A model generated the notes under the pieces. The model was given only the letters and a program-made list of their open reading frames with translations. It did not search any database and had not been told where the DNA came from. The position numbers were made by a program, and so were the translations under genes. A stretch of DNA of 64,000 nt from Octopus sinensis (taxonomy: Eukaryota), in contig NC_042997.1 in assembly GCF_006345805.1 (NCBI RefSeq), positions 166,346,001-166,410,000 of the forward strand, in the 5' to 3' direction. Below are positions 11,821 to 25,370 of this stretch, in pieces (positions within the stretch are counted from its first letter, which is position 1; each line of letters begins with the position of its first letter).

Positions 11821-13296
11821 TTACAACTATCATACAATGAAGATTAGCAAACTCAAACATTCACACATATTTAAGTGTGTGTACATACAGTGGGCTTCTT
11901 TGAGTTTCTGTCTACCAAATTTACTCACAAGGCATTAGGAGGCCTAAGGCTAGAGTAGAAGACTACTGCCTAAGATGCCTCATAGTGAGGTAACAAATTG
12001 AACTGTATATCCATACAACCATTCCTGTGGCTATGTGTTTCTATGTATGCTGAGAGTGTGTTTTAGCTTCAGCATGAAAATGTCTCAAGTAGAAGCTCCT
12101 TACTACAGAATGATGCAGGCATTTCAAAACAAGCTCAACAGTTATAAAGTTAGTGTGGTACTATTTAAGTGGGGAGTAGGGAATGAAGTTCATGAACTAG
12201 ATTCAAATCTTTGTTGAAGCTTATGTAAAATCACGTCTTTACACTGCTATTACTCATACAATTTTTTCCTTACATATAAAAGTATGACACTTTTCATTGC
12301 AATTGGTGAATTTTAAAATAAAGCTTGAATGGTGTGAAAATTGTCCTAGAATTGTAGGTTCAAGGGTAAATCTAGATTTGACAATGAAATATTTGAGGAT
12401 AATGAGATAGAACAGTGAAAGGAGTGGGTGTATGAGTACAATAATGTTGCAGTTTTCCTTTATGTATACAAACTCATTAACAGATATCTTCACCACCATC
12501 CACTTTAATATTTGAAAATATTATAGACTGAGTATTAAAATTTGCTTGGAAGAAAATAGTTTTGTTATTCATTTAATTTCAATTTGGGAGTTAATGTAAT
12601 AGTTTTAATGCAAATTTTCATATTATCCAAAATAAACTAATGTCATATCGATAAATTAAATGGGCCTTCAGTTTAATTCTCATTGAGTTATAAATGTTTT
12701 GTAGAAATGTTATTTCCGTTTGACACATTAATTCATTATAGGTAGATTTCCTGTCTGGAAAGAGAACTTGTGTCTTGATAAATGCATTTCGTCCATTGTT
12801 TGTAGAAGTTGGCAAGTAGAAGACTGTCTAGTCAGGGTAAACCTTCCCTCTCCCCTTTCTTTCCTTATCCAACTCTCTATTAGCATCTTTCTTCCTTTTT
12901 TTTTTTGTCTCCATCTCTCACTTTTCTCCTATTTGCTCTTCCTTTCAATTCCTTCTTCTACTTCTCCATCACTCTTCTTCTCACACACATACACAGTATT
13001 GTTAGTTTGAACAAAAACTAGAAAACCCAATACTATGTAAAGAGCAAAAGAAATAAGAAAAAATGTATACTCATTAACTGTTGATTGGCAGAAACTAAGT
13101 TTCATACTGTAAGCTGGCTGTGGTTCACACCCAAAGCATGTGTTACCAATTTATCAGTATTGCCAAGTTTTATTCAACCAGAACAATGCTAGTAATTGAC
13201 AGTAGTAACCAGCATAATTCGCAAAATTTTGATGAGTAGTTAGTTGCTTCCCATTTTCCTTGTAAGTGGATTTGGCTGACATAAACTAAAAGAAGT

Positions 13297-14120
13297 CCTG
13301 CGCTGCTATGGTCATGTGGCGAGAATGGATGAGTATAGCTGTGTGAAAAAGTGCCACACCCTAGTGGTTGAGGGAACCTGTGGAAGAGGTAGACCCAGGA
13401 AGACCCGGGATGAGGTGGTGAAGCACAACCTTCAAGCATTGGGCCTCACTGAGGCAATGACTAGTGACTGAAACCTTTGGAAATATGCTGTGCATGAGAA
13501 GACCTGGCAATCCAAGTGAGACCATAACATCGTGACCTATGCCAGGGGTGTAACCAACCCACTTACGTGCACTTTCCTTCACTGGACACTAAACTCTGCT
13601 TGTAAAGACCTGTTGAGGCAAGTGAAATCAAAATCGAAATCAAATTCGATGACTGGCAACCGCGCTAGTGGAGCGCTAAGAGCACCATCCGAGCATGATT
13701 GTTACCAGAGCAGCTGACTGGCTTCCATGGCGGTAGCACATAAAAAGCACCATTCGAGTGTGATCATTATCAGTGTCGCCTTACTGGCTCCTGTGCTGGT
13801 GTTACATGAAAAAACATTTGAGCGAGGTTGTTGCTAGTGCCGCTGGACTGGCTCCTGTGCAGGTGGCACGTAAAAAACCCTATTTGAGCGTGGTCGTTGC
13901 CAGTACCGCCTGACCAGCCCTCATGCCGGTGGCATGTAGGCATGTAAAGGCACCCACTACACTTTCAGAGTGGTTGGCATTAAGAAGGGCATCGAGCTGT
14001 AGAAACTCTGCCAGATCAAGATTGGAGCCTGGTGCAGCCATCTGGTTCGCCAGTCCTCAGTCAAATCGTCCAACCCATGCTAGCATGGAAAGTGGACATT
14101 AAACGATGATGATGATGATG
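13297..14120 (+). mobile_element. RTE 3' fragment (ORF end, 3' UTR, GAT tail)
   Basis: Decayed LRWYGHVARMDE...GRGRPRKT-like coding, GGCACGTAAAAAGCAC UTR repeats, (GAT)n tail. Confidence 0.9.
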
Positions 14121-14507
14121 CACCAACTTACTATAAAAGCTGGTAGTAATGTTATCTTTGTCCTTATTCTTAGTGCAAGTTATGAAGAGTGCAGTACGAT
14201 TTTAAGTTATTTTTTCAAAGCTATAATGGAAGTGACAAAGGAGCATTTTAGCATATTTTAAATTATAAGTTCAGTAAAGGCAACAACACAATGGAAAGTG
14301 TGAGGAATATTAATGCAGTATATGGGGATCATACAGTAAGCATAAGCCAGTGTCAAGAGTGGTTCCAGAAATTCTGAGCTGGAAACTACTACAGCCTAGA
14401 AGATGAGCCTTGTCCTGAAAGAGCTGTAGAGCTCCACAAGGGTGTCCTGTAAACCTTGGTAGAACAAAATCCCATCATAACTGTTGAGGAACTAGCAGAG
14501 AAGCTAT
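14121..14507 (+). mobile_element. Mariner transposon relic, N-terminal transposase region
   Basis: Decayed MEVTKEHF...KGNN...NINAVYGD...SQCQEWFQKF.AGNY.LEDEP; same family as 18215-18997 and 33290-33433. Confidence 0.8.
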
Positions 14508-14519
14508 ATCACACTCATA

Positions 14520-16420
14520 GTGTTAGAGAACATTGCTGTAAATGGCTGTCTCCATCATATTTGAGATACTGGAAATGTGTGATATAGAATAATAATTGGA
14601 ATGGTTTGAGGAGTTGGTTTTCTTGAGAATGAGATACACCGTTATATGTTTCTAAAGATCAGCATGCATGCTTATAGAGTGAGAGAGTGAAGTGTTTGGT
14701 AAGTATAAGGGCAAGTTCTTGGGTGCAATGCTTGACAATAAGGGGCATTGTCAGAATCAGTGGCCTTGATGATTTGAAGTAACCAGAGTTATTTTTTCAT
14801 TTGGTGTGTGTGTGTGTGCATGCGCACGCACAAGGTTTGGGGCTTGTATGTGTATATATGCAAACTTGAGGGGCAGAGGAAGATAGATTTGGAAGAGGTT
14901 AGCCAAGTGTATAGAGGGAAGATCAATGCAAAGCAAACACAAAAGTGGGCTTTCTCCACAGAGAAACTGTTCACACAATATCATTATTCAGAAGAAGAAA
15001 AGAGGATTCTGCACAGTTGATAGAGATTCTTTTAGCAAGAGGCAAGAAGGATCACAGACAGTTTGAGAGAAAAGATAGCTTAAGAACTGTGCAAAATATG
15101 AAAACATCTTTCAGTTAGATTGTGGTCTTGCAAGAGTTGTGTTGCCCAGTTTTAGGAAATGGATGCTTCCTGACGCATTATAGGTCTTGTTTTTTTTCTT
15201 GACCAGCTACAGTGTGGTCTTGAGTGAGGCACTTGGTGACTTGAGGTATTAAGAGCAATAAGTTTTTGATGTGTGGGACATGCCTATTTTCAGATCACTT
15301 GTCTAGCTGCTTCTCATGGGTCAGAAGCATACGTGCTACCAGGAATAGCTGGCATAAAGTTGATGCATGTTACTCTTTTACTTGTTTCAGTCATTTGACT
15401 GCAGCCATGCTGGAGCACCGCCTTTAGTTGAGCAAATTGACTCCAGGACTTATTCTTTGGAAGCCTAGTACTTATTCTATCAGTCCCTTTTGCCGAACCG
15501 CTAAGTTACAGGGACGTTAACACACCAGCATCGGTTGTCAAGCAATGTTGGGGGGACAGACACACAAACATACACACACATATACATATACATATATACG
15601 ACGGGCTTCTTTCAGTTTCTGTCTACCAAATCCACTCACAAGGCTTTGGTTGGCCCGAGGCTATAGTAGAAGACACTTTCCCAAGGTGTCACACAGTGGG
15701 ACTGAACCCGGAACCATGTGGTTGGTAACCAGGCTACTTACCACACAGCCACTCCATGTTAGATAATTGCAATGAGAGAATGGTTAGATGACCCGAAGAT
15801 ACAGAGACAAATATTGTTTGGTAGTAATTAAATTTCAAAGGTAGAAAGAGCTCAAGAGTATTTGGGGTGTCTATGTGTCAGTCTGGTGTGTGAGTAGAAG
15901 GTGAAGCAAGTTGACATAGTGAGTTGAGAAGTACACGAGTTTCAACTTCTGCACAAGCAACACTGGTATGGAATGACAGTAGGAGTAAAGTTCAGTTGTA
16001 AGCACTAATATTACCAAAGATGAGAGAAGGGATATATATATATATCTTTTATAAAGAAGGAGAAGGAGATATAGTCAATGAGTAGCTTGCTCAGGAGTTC
16101 AGAGTGGTAGAAGAAATAGATGTATTTGGGTAAATGAGGGAGACTTTAAGCCACAGTAACAGGAAAGTTATTGTTGCTGAAATCCAAGTGAGAGAGGCAA
16201 CTGATAGTGAGGGTAGAGTCTACGTATGCACAGACACCATTTTCAGAGCAAAGTTTGAATAGAGAATGTAGCTTACAGAGTGGAAATGGATTGTACATAT
16301 GGGTTGAGAAATGTGTATTGGAGAGAAAAGGATGTGATGTTTGCACATAAGAGGTGATGCACAGGATCTGGGCAACAATGATGTCCACAAATACTAAAGA
16401 GTGGAGAAAATTCATCAGAA
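14520..16420 (-). mobile_element. Highly decayed APE-type LINE (CR1/Jockey group), endonuclease to RT N-terminus, interrupted by a SINE
   Basis: Minus-strand peptides NGVCAYVDSTLTISCLSHLD..LWLK, GSSNHSLI (SDH-like) and KATDSD....KHCTQELALIL. Confidence 0.55.
15372..15755 (-). mobile_element. tRNA-derived SINE family A (head GAGTGGCTGTGTGGTAAGTAG...GGTTCAGTCCC, internal CA/TA microsatellite)
   Basis: Pol III A/B-box-like head; near-identical copies at 20693-21106 (-) and 52080-52482 (+). Confidence 0.85.
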
Positions 16421-17200
16421 ATTTCTTTCTTTTAAAGGGTGACAGTGCACTGAAAGGTAGCAGTAGCCCTCCTGCTAGAAATATAGTTCACAAAAGGTAG
16501 CCAGCTATAGACCAGGTGATAGAGTTAAACTGGGTGACATGATGTGCATACCACCCAAAAATGAGAAAATTAAGAGGACCCTCTATGTTAAATATAAAGA
16601 CTGATATACTTTTTACCATAGATTTGCTTTATTATGATCTCAGCAAAGTATAGCTTTTGCATACTTACCAAAACTGGTGAGAGAATCACTAGGTAAATAT
16701 TCAAGATTGTGCATTGGTTGGCACAGGCAAATAAAATCTTTTATCAAATAAGATGTCTCAAATGTTGGGTGGAGATGAAGAAAGAAACATTCTCAGTAAT
16801 CACAAGCAGAAATAGTTATTAAAACTCTGCCTGTTTTTCACATAGATTTAATCTATTATCAAGCACTAATGTGCATTTTATTCCTTGGCATTTGTTTTAT
16901 TGATATTAGCACTGGAAATATATTCCATATATTCCACAAAATGTCCTCTGTATGGGGATCAAAACAGAAGATGTGTCCAAGAACATCAAGAAATATGGTG
17001 TTCATAATTTCAGCAATACTTGTTTTAGCTTAAATGAAAATAACAGTAAAAAAATAGTTTATCCTAACCCTAAAGAAGGGAATTAATCATTTCCATCTAA
17101 ACAAATAACTTCCCTTCTTACAAGAAAAAAGTAATAACTTTATATAATAAAGGAGTTTTTTTTTCAATTGATTATCGTTATTTATTTATAGAATACTTAC

Positions 17201-17281
17201 ATTTGAGCTTTTAGAGCAAATTTTATAATATCCTCTTTTGTTCGATCTCCTCTATGAGTATATATGTCTTCACCTTTAACA
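17201..17281 (-). CDS. TMX3: TMX3 coding exon 5: (F)VKGEDIYTHRGDRTKEDIIKFALKAQ; downstream exons not found in the window
   Basis: ttttcag acceptor, gtaagt donor, phase 2-2, continues the thioredoxin domain; resembles vertebrate TMX3 KGDLAYNYRGPRTKDDIIEFA. Confidence 0.9.
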
Positions 17282-17336
17282 CTGAAAACAGATAAAGAAA
17301 TGAATATTATCAAAAGATCACAAATTTAGCACAGAC

Positions 17337-18212
17337 GAGCAATGCATCCCGGCATTGCCTGGGTATTATGACTTACAGCCACATTGTATTATTTCTTCCT
17401 TTCATACGCGTAGAATCAGTACAGATGATAGACAGTGAACTGGATTACTGGCATAATGGAAGTTATTGTTTGTTTAAAAGTGAAGGAGGGAGGGTACAAT
17501 TTCCATGGGTTTGCATGAAAGTGCTTTCTCTTCTTAAGAAGGACCACAAACTATGTATTGTTTCATCACATAAAAGGGGGTTAATACAATTTTGCCCAGA
17601 AATCACGTTTTGAAAATACATACTTTTTTTAACGCTTAATTTTTCTTAAACAAATACTCAATGCCCCTTCCCCCACCTCACCCACCCATCACCTACCCAC
17701 TTTCAAAAAGCAAAAGCCCCCAATGTTTCACTTTCGTCTGATGTTTCACACATGTGTAAAATTATACTGAAATAGCTGATATAAAAAATACCAGACCACC
17801 ACCAGAAAACCCAACATGCTAGAAACAATAGGTAAACAACATTATTTCTGAAGAAACTTCCCTGCTTTCCAAAAAGCTAAAAGTAAAACGTTGGGAGTTT
17901 GTAGCTTTTTGAAAGTGATGAGGTCATGGGTGGATGTTTGGGAAGGAGATTTTTGTTTCTCTAAGATTTGTACTCTCTCTTCTTTTTTTCCATGATTACC
18001 ACGAAAAAAAATTTGGGAAAAAGGTAATAATGTAGAAATTGGACTGGGAAGGGAGAAAATTAAAATATTGAGAACATGTTTTTTCAGTGAAATCCTAATA
18101 TCCTGTATTGAAAATATAGGAATTGGAAGAAATCTAGGAAAGAAAAATCAGGTGGGAGTGCAAATGTCACCTTGGACTTGCTAGAAACAACAGATAAAGG
18201 ACAGGATTTCTG
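17337..18212. mobile_element. Dispersed repeat, copy 2 of 9449-10497 (Helentron/HINE-like)
   Basis: Same sequence order as copy 1; start has a CCCGGCATTGCCTGGG hairpin. Confidence 0.6.
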
Positions 18213-18214
18213 GA

Positions 18215-18997
18215 TTTCTACAAAATTCATACTTTTGCCTTCCAAATGATTTTGGAGACTGCAGAATAAATGATAATCAGATGGAACAATGTCCAGCAAA
18301 TATGGTGGGTGGGGCATTGTTTCCCATTCAAACTGCTCCAGCCTTTGGAATGTCATCCTCGCTGTATGAGGCCGTACATTATCCTGATGGAAGAACACCT
18401 TTCATCTTAAAACTAAAGATGGTTGTTTTTCTTCTAGTACTGATTTGAATGACTGGTTGAATGGCTAAATCCAGGCTTCTCTGCTAGTTCCTCACCAGTT
18501 ATGATGGGATTTTGTTCCACCAGTGTTTGCAGGACGTCAAGCTTTACAGATCTTTCAGGATGAAGCTTGTCTTCTAGGCTGTAGTTTCCAGCTCAGAATT
18601 TCTGGAACCACTCTTGACACTGGCTCACACTTATTGTCCAATCTCATATACTGCATCAATATTCCTAGCACTTTCAGTTGCATTGTTGCCTTTACTGAAC
18701 TCATAATGCAAAATATGCCAATGTAAATGTTTGGTGGGTTGGAAGAAATGCTAGAGCAGTTGACTGAACTCATAATGCAAAATATGCCAAAATGCTCCTC
18801 TGTCACTTCTATTATAGCTTTGAAAAAATAACTGTTAAAATCAAACTGCACTCTTCAAAACTTGCACTAAGAATAAGGACAAAGGTAAGATTACTACCTG
18901 CTTTTATAGCAAATTGGTGTGGGTAGTTTATCCTGTCTCCTTCCAATTTTGAGTTCATGCAATTGAAAAAAACTGCATTACTTATGGGATGACCCAA
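18215..18997 (-). mobile_element. Internally deleted mariner transposon relic with 5' TIR
   Basis: TIR AAAACTGCATTACTTATGGGATGACCCAA|TA; peptide FFHQDNVRPHTA...WETMPHPPY..DIVPSDYHLF. Confidence 0.88.
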
Positions 18998-20692
18998 TAT
19001 ATAGATAAATAGTAAGCAGCTTTCTTTATTATATTACAGATGTGACTAATTCAGAAAAACATTACTTTCATTATTCACACATCATCACTCTCGTAATGCA
19101 ACACTTTCAATTTAGGTTCAAATTGAATGCGTGAAACTATTTTCACTTTCTAATGAAACCTGGTCGTTGTAGAGCAATGTCTTTCAAATAACTAAAACTG
19201 GTTGTTGAGATAATTTAGAAAACATGTAAATGAAAATAAAATTTATTTGGTAACTGAAAGATTATTGAATCTTTTGATACCCCATACATCAAAATCGGCA
19301 ACTCAATTTTCGAATGCATAAGGAACATATGCACACATACACACACACACACACACACATACAAACTCTAAATTGTATATATAGATTAAAAATGGCTATT
19401 AAACACACTGCAGTCTAAATATTTTACATTTAGGTTTGTTTTTAGTATTCTTTCAGGATTTTCTTTTCTTTGTTTTTTGCAATACTGCCATAGGTTGAAT
19501 AGGTCTGCAAATTTAAATGCATTCATATTAACTGCTAAAAGTAACTTTTCTTTACAATTGGATGCCCTCATAATACAAATTATTTAATCATGAAATTTTA
19601 GTGGTTATTTCCAAATCAGTTGACTAAAATAAGCTGAAAGGAAATTATACCCAGGAATACTACACAATGGCTGTAGATGAAGCTAAAGTATCAACTGAAA
19701 GAGACAATAGAATGATTTAAATAAAATTTTTGATACAGGAGTAAATACTGTACTGTACCATTTAGAAGAATCTAAAAATATTTGTTTCTATAACAATAGC
19801 CTTACATCCTTATAACTTCTGTTGAGCAAGTATCAGTGATAGAAAGTATATTCGGTCAACTATATAAACACCCCCAAATAAAAATGGTTTTAGTAAGTAT
19901 AAGGCAATACATTTGTAGGAGACTGACTTAATTGAACAGAATCTACAAAGCAAGAAACTAATATTTTATCAATTCCAGACAGATAAAAGCAGTGTTGACC
20001 CCAACAGAATTAAATACTGGAAGGTATTTAGTCAACTGCTCTAGCATTTCTTCCAACCCACCAAACATTTACATTCAACTGTAATAAACATACCGGGAAA
20101 GTAGTACTTTCAGAGTTAGCATGTAAGTCTTTGAAAAGTGAAATGGGAAATAAAGAATTTAATACTTTTCAAGATTCCATTAAATCTACAATTATGACTA
20201 GTAGGTGTTAAGATAAAAGTCCTACAGGTGCAAAGCTTTTAACCACATTATCATAAACCATTGTATTGTGTTCTGAAACAAAGCGTGCATCAATCTTCCA
20301 CGCTGACAACAGATACCATTCTTAACTTAAATGGTCTGTAGTAGGAACAATCATCATCATCACCATCCTTTAGTGTCCATTTTCCATGCTGACATGGGTT
20401 GGATGATTTAACCAGAGTTGGCAAATAGGAGAGCTGTATCAGGTTCCAGTTTGACTTGGTTTGGTTTCTTCAGCTGGATGCCCTTCCTAACATCAACCAC
20501 TTTACAGAGTGTGCTGGGTGCTTTTTCTGTGGTGCTGGCACAGATGCCTTTTATGTGGCACTGGCAAATGCAAATATATCTAAATTTCCAAAAATGTATC
20601 ACTCACACTAAGAATATCTACTATTGTTTTGTCTTTTATACATATACCATGAGAATTAGACTGTTGCTAGGGTTGTGTATACCAACTACATA

Positions 20693-21106
20693 TACTCTTT
20701 ACTCTTTTACTTGTTTCAGTCATTTGACTGTGGCCATGCTGGAGCACCACCTTTAGTCGAGCAAATCAACCCCAGGACTTATTCTTTGTAAGCCCAGTAC
20801 TTATTCTATCGGTCTCTTTTGACGAACCACTAAGTGACGGGGACGTAAACACACCAGCATCGGTTGTCAAGCAATGCTAGAGGGACAAACACAAACACAC
20901 AAACATATACACACACATACATATATATATATACACATATATACGACAGGCTTCTTTCAGTTTCCGTCTACTAAATCCACTCACAAGGCTTTGGTCAGCC
21001 CGAGGCTATAGCAGAAGACACTTGCCCAAGATGCCACGCAGTGGGACTGAACCCAGAACCATGTGGCTGGTTAGCAAGCTACTTACCACACAGCCACTCT
21101 TGCGCC
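20693..21106 (-). mobile_element. tRNA-derived SINE family A, full length
   Basis: Matches 15372-15755 and 52080-52482. Confidence 0.88.
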
Positions 21107-21170
21107 TATACTGTATATAATTTATATAACCAAAGTGTGTCTGTGCATGTGATTTCATTTTTTCACTTAC

Positions 21171-21334
21171 AATTTTATTGTAGGGAATCCTTTGACTCCA
21201 AACATATTGGCCACATTTGAATGTTTGGTACAGTCCAGCTTTCCTACTTTGATGGCAGTATGGCGCAGATGGATATAAACTTGATTGTAGATAGGTTCTA
21301 ATCTCTGGCAATGACCACACCATGGTGCATAAAA
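21171..21334 (-). CDS. TMX3: TMX3 coding exon 4 with the thioredoxin active site: FYAPWCGHCQRLEPIYNQVYIHLRHTAIKVGKLDCTKHSNVANMFGVKGFPTIK
   Basis: tttcag acceptor, gtaagt donor, 164 nt phase 0-2, canonical WCGHC and cis-Pro GFPT motifs. Confidence 0.95.
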
Positions 21335-23815
21335 CTGAAATTAATAAACAATTCACAATAGTAAACATCTTCTGTTCATTAATTACACAATAGTGAGACT
21401 TCCACAATGCAAAAATATACAGACAACATATACACATTACACAGGAACAAGATATATATTCACTATACATAATCAATATAAAGAGAAATAATAAAGCTAA
21501 ATATACATTCAATTTATACAGGGGCAGAATGGCCCAACCCATTCAGTATATATGTGACTGTTGTTATCGTTATTACATGACTCCAGTCAACACAGTGGTA
21601 GTTAAGAAACTCGTTATTTCTACAAGTTAAAGGGTAATGTACTAACAAAAGCCTAGTGGCAAGTGTTAGCAACTATGACAGAAAAGGGGAGACAATTACA
21701 AGACGTTAAGAATTGACTCTCACGATTAATTTACATGAGATGGGAAGTCTGATCTTTGTTTGCAGGCAAGGGACAACATTGAACCTGTTTCAGCCTTTTA
21801 GATCTCATCAACATGGTATAGCTTGTTCAAGCTTGCTTCATTAATTGTCATAGATTTTCAGAGATTCAATAAGAGTTACAAATAGTTTTTGGTCAGTATA
21901 ATATGAAAAATAAAAAAAATAAGAAGGAGCTAAAAGAAATAATTCAAACAAGCTTATGGCATTAATTTGCATAAATAAATTAAGGGATTTTGTATTGAAG
22001 GTCATGCATATGCAGAAAAAAAATTCTTAATTTCTTGAATTTGTCTCTAAGGTGTTAAAAGAAAGCAAAATCCTGACAACAATAATCAGAGTTCACACAA
22101 CTAATTTTATCTTTTTAATTATGTAAATTATAGTGGTCAAAGATTAAGAGGAAAATTTTAATTAAGAACGTGTGTGTGTATGTGTAGCTTAGAGTACATC
22201 ACTCCTTAACATATTTATCCAAACTTATGCCACTGGCCCATTTGAGTTATCTCCCTTAGCTCACTTTAATTTCAGAAGAGAAAGGTTTATGACTGGCAGA
22301 GTAAACTTGTTTGAATGCTTGCATCAGAGTGAAGTCTGCAAAAGACACCTAAGGGCCAGATGGTAATACTAAACCAAGTAACAAATTTAGCTTACCACCC
22401 AAGCGATACAGTCCATCTAATGGACTTCCTACACAGTTACTATCTACTCAGTTTCACTCACAAAGCATGCCAGTGCCACTAAAAAGTACTCAGCACACTA
22501 TATGAAGTCATTGGCATTAGGAAGGGCATCCAGCCATAGAAACCATGCCAAAACAGACAACTGGATTCTGGACAGCTCCAGTCAAACCATCCAACCCATG
22601 CCAGCATGGAAAGCAGATGGAAAAGGAAGATGATGAGAGTAGTATGGAATGAGTGAAGTGGGCATGGTTGTTGGATACTGACAATTTGGCATAGTTGACT
22701 TGACAATGAACTTGTTTTAGTGACAGTATGTTTTGGCACTCAAGGCACACAGACAAGACACACACACTTATACACATGCATGTGCAGAGATAACACATAC
22801 AGAGAGAGGGCAGAGAGAGAGAGAGAGATTACACATACATACAGACATAACTAGATGTTCACATGCATAAAGTGAGAGGGAGAGAACAAGAGAAAGATCA
22901 ACACATCTGATATAAAACAGCATGGAATCATCAATGCCAAATAGGGAATGCCAAAACAGCTGTGCCAAAACAACTCATACTAAGTTGTACTTGTGTTAAG
23001 GCATGTTGTAGCAAGAAGTGTTATATACCTTAGTCACAAGGGCAACAAAGTTAGGTTCCTTGCAATGTTAAGGTTTGAATTTGTGACTTGTAGATCTGGG
23101 CTCAATCCCACTAAATAGCACATTAGGAAAGTGTCTTCTATGGTAATCTTGGAGTGAGAAACTCAAGACTATCATGTATGCAAATATGTACATGTGTGTA
23201 CCCATGTCTGGGTTATGTCAGACTGAAATATAACCCTAGCAATTCATCAAATAGATAAGTACTTGACTGAACTAAATTTGGTTTCAATGTTATTAGACTA
23301 AAAGACTTGAAGGCTTAAATCAAATGACTGAGACCATTAAAAAATAAAATCTACGAATAAAATAATATATAATGGGTTGTCAATTGATGCACAATTTAAA
23401 TTTTTTGTAAATATAATAATGAAGAGAAAAATTCAAACAACAATGATGGTTCTAAAGACTAATGCAAGACACCCACACAGATTATCAGTCAATTAGGAGC
23501 AGAATATTGAAAACATAATGAAATACAAGTAAATCAGAGTAAAATAAAAATGAAAAGTTTCAAAAGACAGGTCTGGTGCAGATATTAATTAATAAAGTAA
23601 TGCTCTAAACATTAATATTGATTAAATTGATTCAATTCTTCTCAGTCGTCAATGAATGCAACTACAGTCCATTGTATGATACAATAAAAATCTGTACCAG
23701 TATCCACTAACCATCGGCAGATTTTCAAATGACTTTGACAAAACAGACTGATAAAGCTTTTCTCTCTCTTCCTCACTTTCTCTCACTCTGCCTTTTTCCA
23801 CATTGTTGATACATA

Positions 23816-24125
23816 TGTGAAGGCACATGGCTCAGTGGCTAGAGCATTAAGCTCACAATCATGAGGTAGTGAGTTCAATTCCCGGGCCAAGTTGTGTGTT
23901 GTTTTCTTGAGCAAGACACTTCATTTATGTTGCTCCATCTCACTCAGCTATAGAAATGAGTTGCGATGTCACTGGTACCAAGCTGTATTAGCCTTTGCCT
24001 TTTCTTTGGTTAATATCAGGAAGCAGATATGCATGGGTGACTGCTGGTCTTCCATAAACAACCTTGCTAGGACTTGTGCCTCAGAGGGGAACTTTCTAAG
24101 AGCAATCTCATGGTCATTCATACCC
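23816..24125 (+). mobile_element. tRNA-derived SINE (family C-type head)
   Basis: TGGCTCAGTGG A-box and GAGTTCAATTCC B-box followed by a non-tRNA body; second partial head at about 24148-24300. Confidence 0.7.
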
Positions 24126-24909
24126 TGATACATGTATTCCTTGCATTGCCTAGTGGTTAGGATATTGTCCTCACAACCATAAGATCATGGGTTCAATTCC
24201 TGCACCAAGTGATATATTGTGTCCTTAAGCAAGACCCATCATTCTTCAATGCTCCAGTCTACTCAACTGAAACTAAGCACCAATCAAATGTTGATGCAGC
24301 TGTCTTTCTCTCCAGCTGCTCACATCTTCAATATTTTGTTGGGTCAAGAGCATGTCTATGTCTACCTGCAACTATATAAACACCTAAAACAACTAGTGAG
24401 AACATAGTATTTGCAACCTAGTCATAACCCAATTGGTAAGTGATGGCTGTATTTCTTTACAAAACATCCTCAGATATATCTTTGGAAGTGTAAATATATA
24501 AACATCACACACTTCTTAAGGCAATGAAAAATCCAATAATATAGTGGTATATGTAAATATAGCATATAAAGGTATCAGGAATAAAACTAATCTGAACCAA
24601 ACATATCATACAAGATTCAAGAAGTAACAAAACAAATTGACATGAAGTTTCAGTCAAATCAGGTGTATTTCCTGCCTCACCAATTCTTCTCATTTGAGAT
24701 CCTTTAATTTATTTGAATTAAAACTCCTTTTATTTATTTCTATGATGTTATATCATCAAAAAACTATCAATTATATAACAGCTCACAGCTATTAACCCTC
24801 TTTAGCATTTAAACCAGCCAAACTGATCAGATCTGGCCTCTCACACCTACCCTACAAAATAATTCTAGAAATAAACAATGACACCATGGAAATCTGAAAG
24901 TCTGTTGTA

Positions 24910-24952
<43 letters not shown>

Positions 24953-24961
24953 GTGTGTATA

Positions 24962-25011
<50 letters not shown>

Positions 25012-25064
25012 CTATATATATATATATATATATCTGTAAAAGTAATATGTGACAATAATTTGGT

Positions 25065-25136
25065 AGCCATGATAAAACTCAGAGTTTCGGATGCCAAGGT
25101 GGAAATCCACCCCACCATCTCTTCAGTTATCTGGCC
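25065..25136 (-). ncRNA. Type I hammerhead ribozyme motif, intact core, in TMX3 sense orientation (intron 3)
   Basis: Minus strand: GGCCAGAUAA | CUGAAGA | GAUG..GUGG-AUUU-CCAC..CAUC-C | GAAA | CUC-U-GAG | UU | UUAUC-A-UGGCU. Confidence 0.75.
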
Positions 25137-25298
25137 ATCAGTTATATATATATTGATAAAAAAAGGTAAGACAACAAAAGAATGAAAGATACCTCGATAT
25201 TATGTAAATAGAGGAATTTATCTGTAAAAGTAATATGTGATAATTATTCGGTAGCCATGATAAAACTCCGAGTTTCAGATGCTGAGGTGGAAACCGAT

Positions 25299-25370
25299 GG
25301 ACAGATCACTGAAGAGATGGTGGCGTGGATTTCCACCTCGGCATCCGAAACTCGGAGTTTTATCATGGCT
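25299..25370 (+). ncRNA. Type I hammerhead ribozyme motif, second copy on the opposite strand
   Basis: CTGAAGA 25309-25315, long stem II, GAAA 25347-25350, near-palindromic ACTCGGAGT stem III, GUU triplet 25357-25359, stem I' TTATC (one stem I mismatch next to the core). Confidence 0.72.

Noticed and set aside
21006-21542. 178-aa minus-strand ORF from the track
   Set aside because: Overlaps TMX3 exon 4 in a different frame and runs into a SINE; the real frame is the WCGHC one
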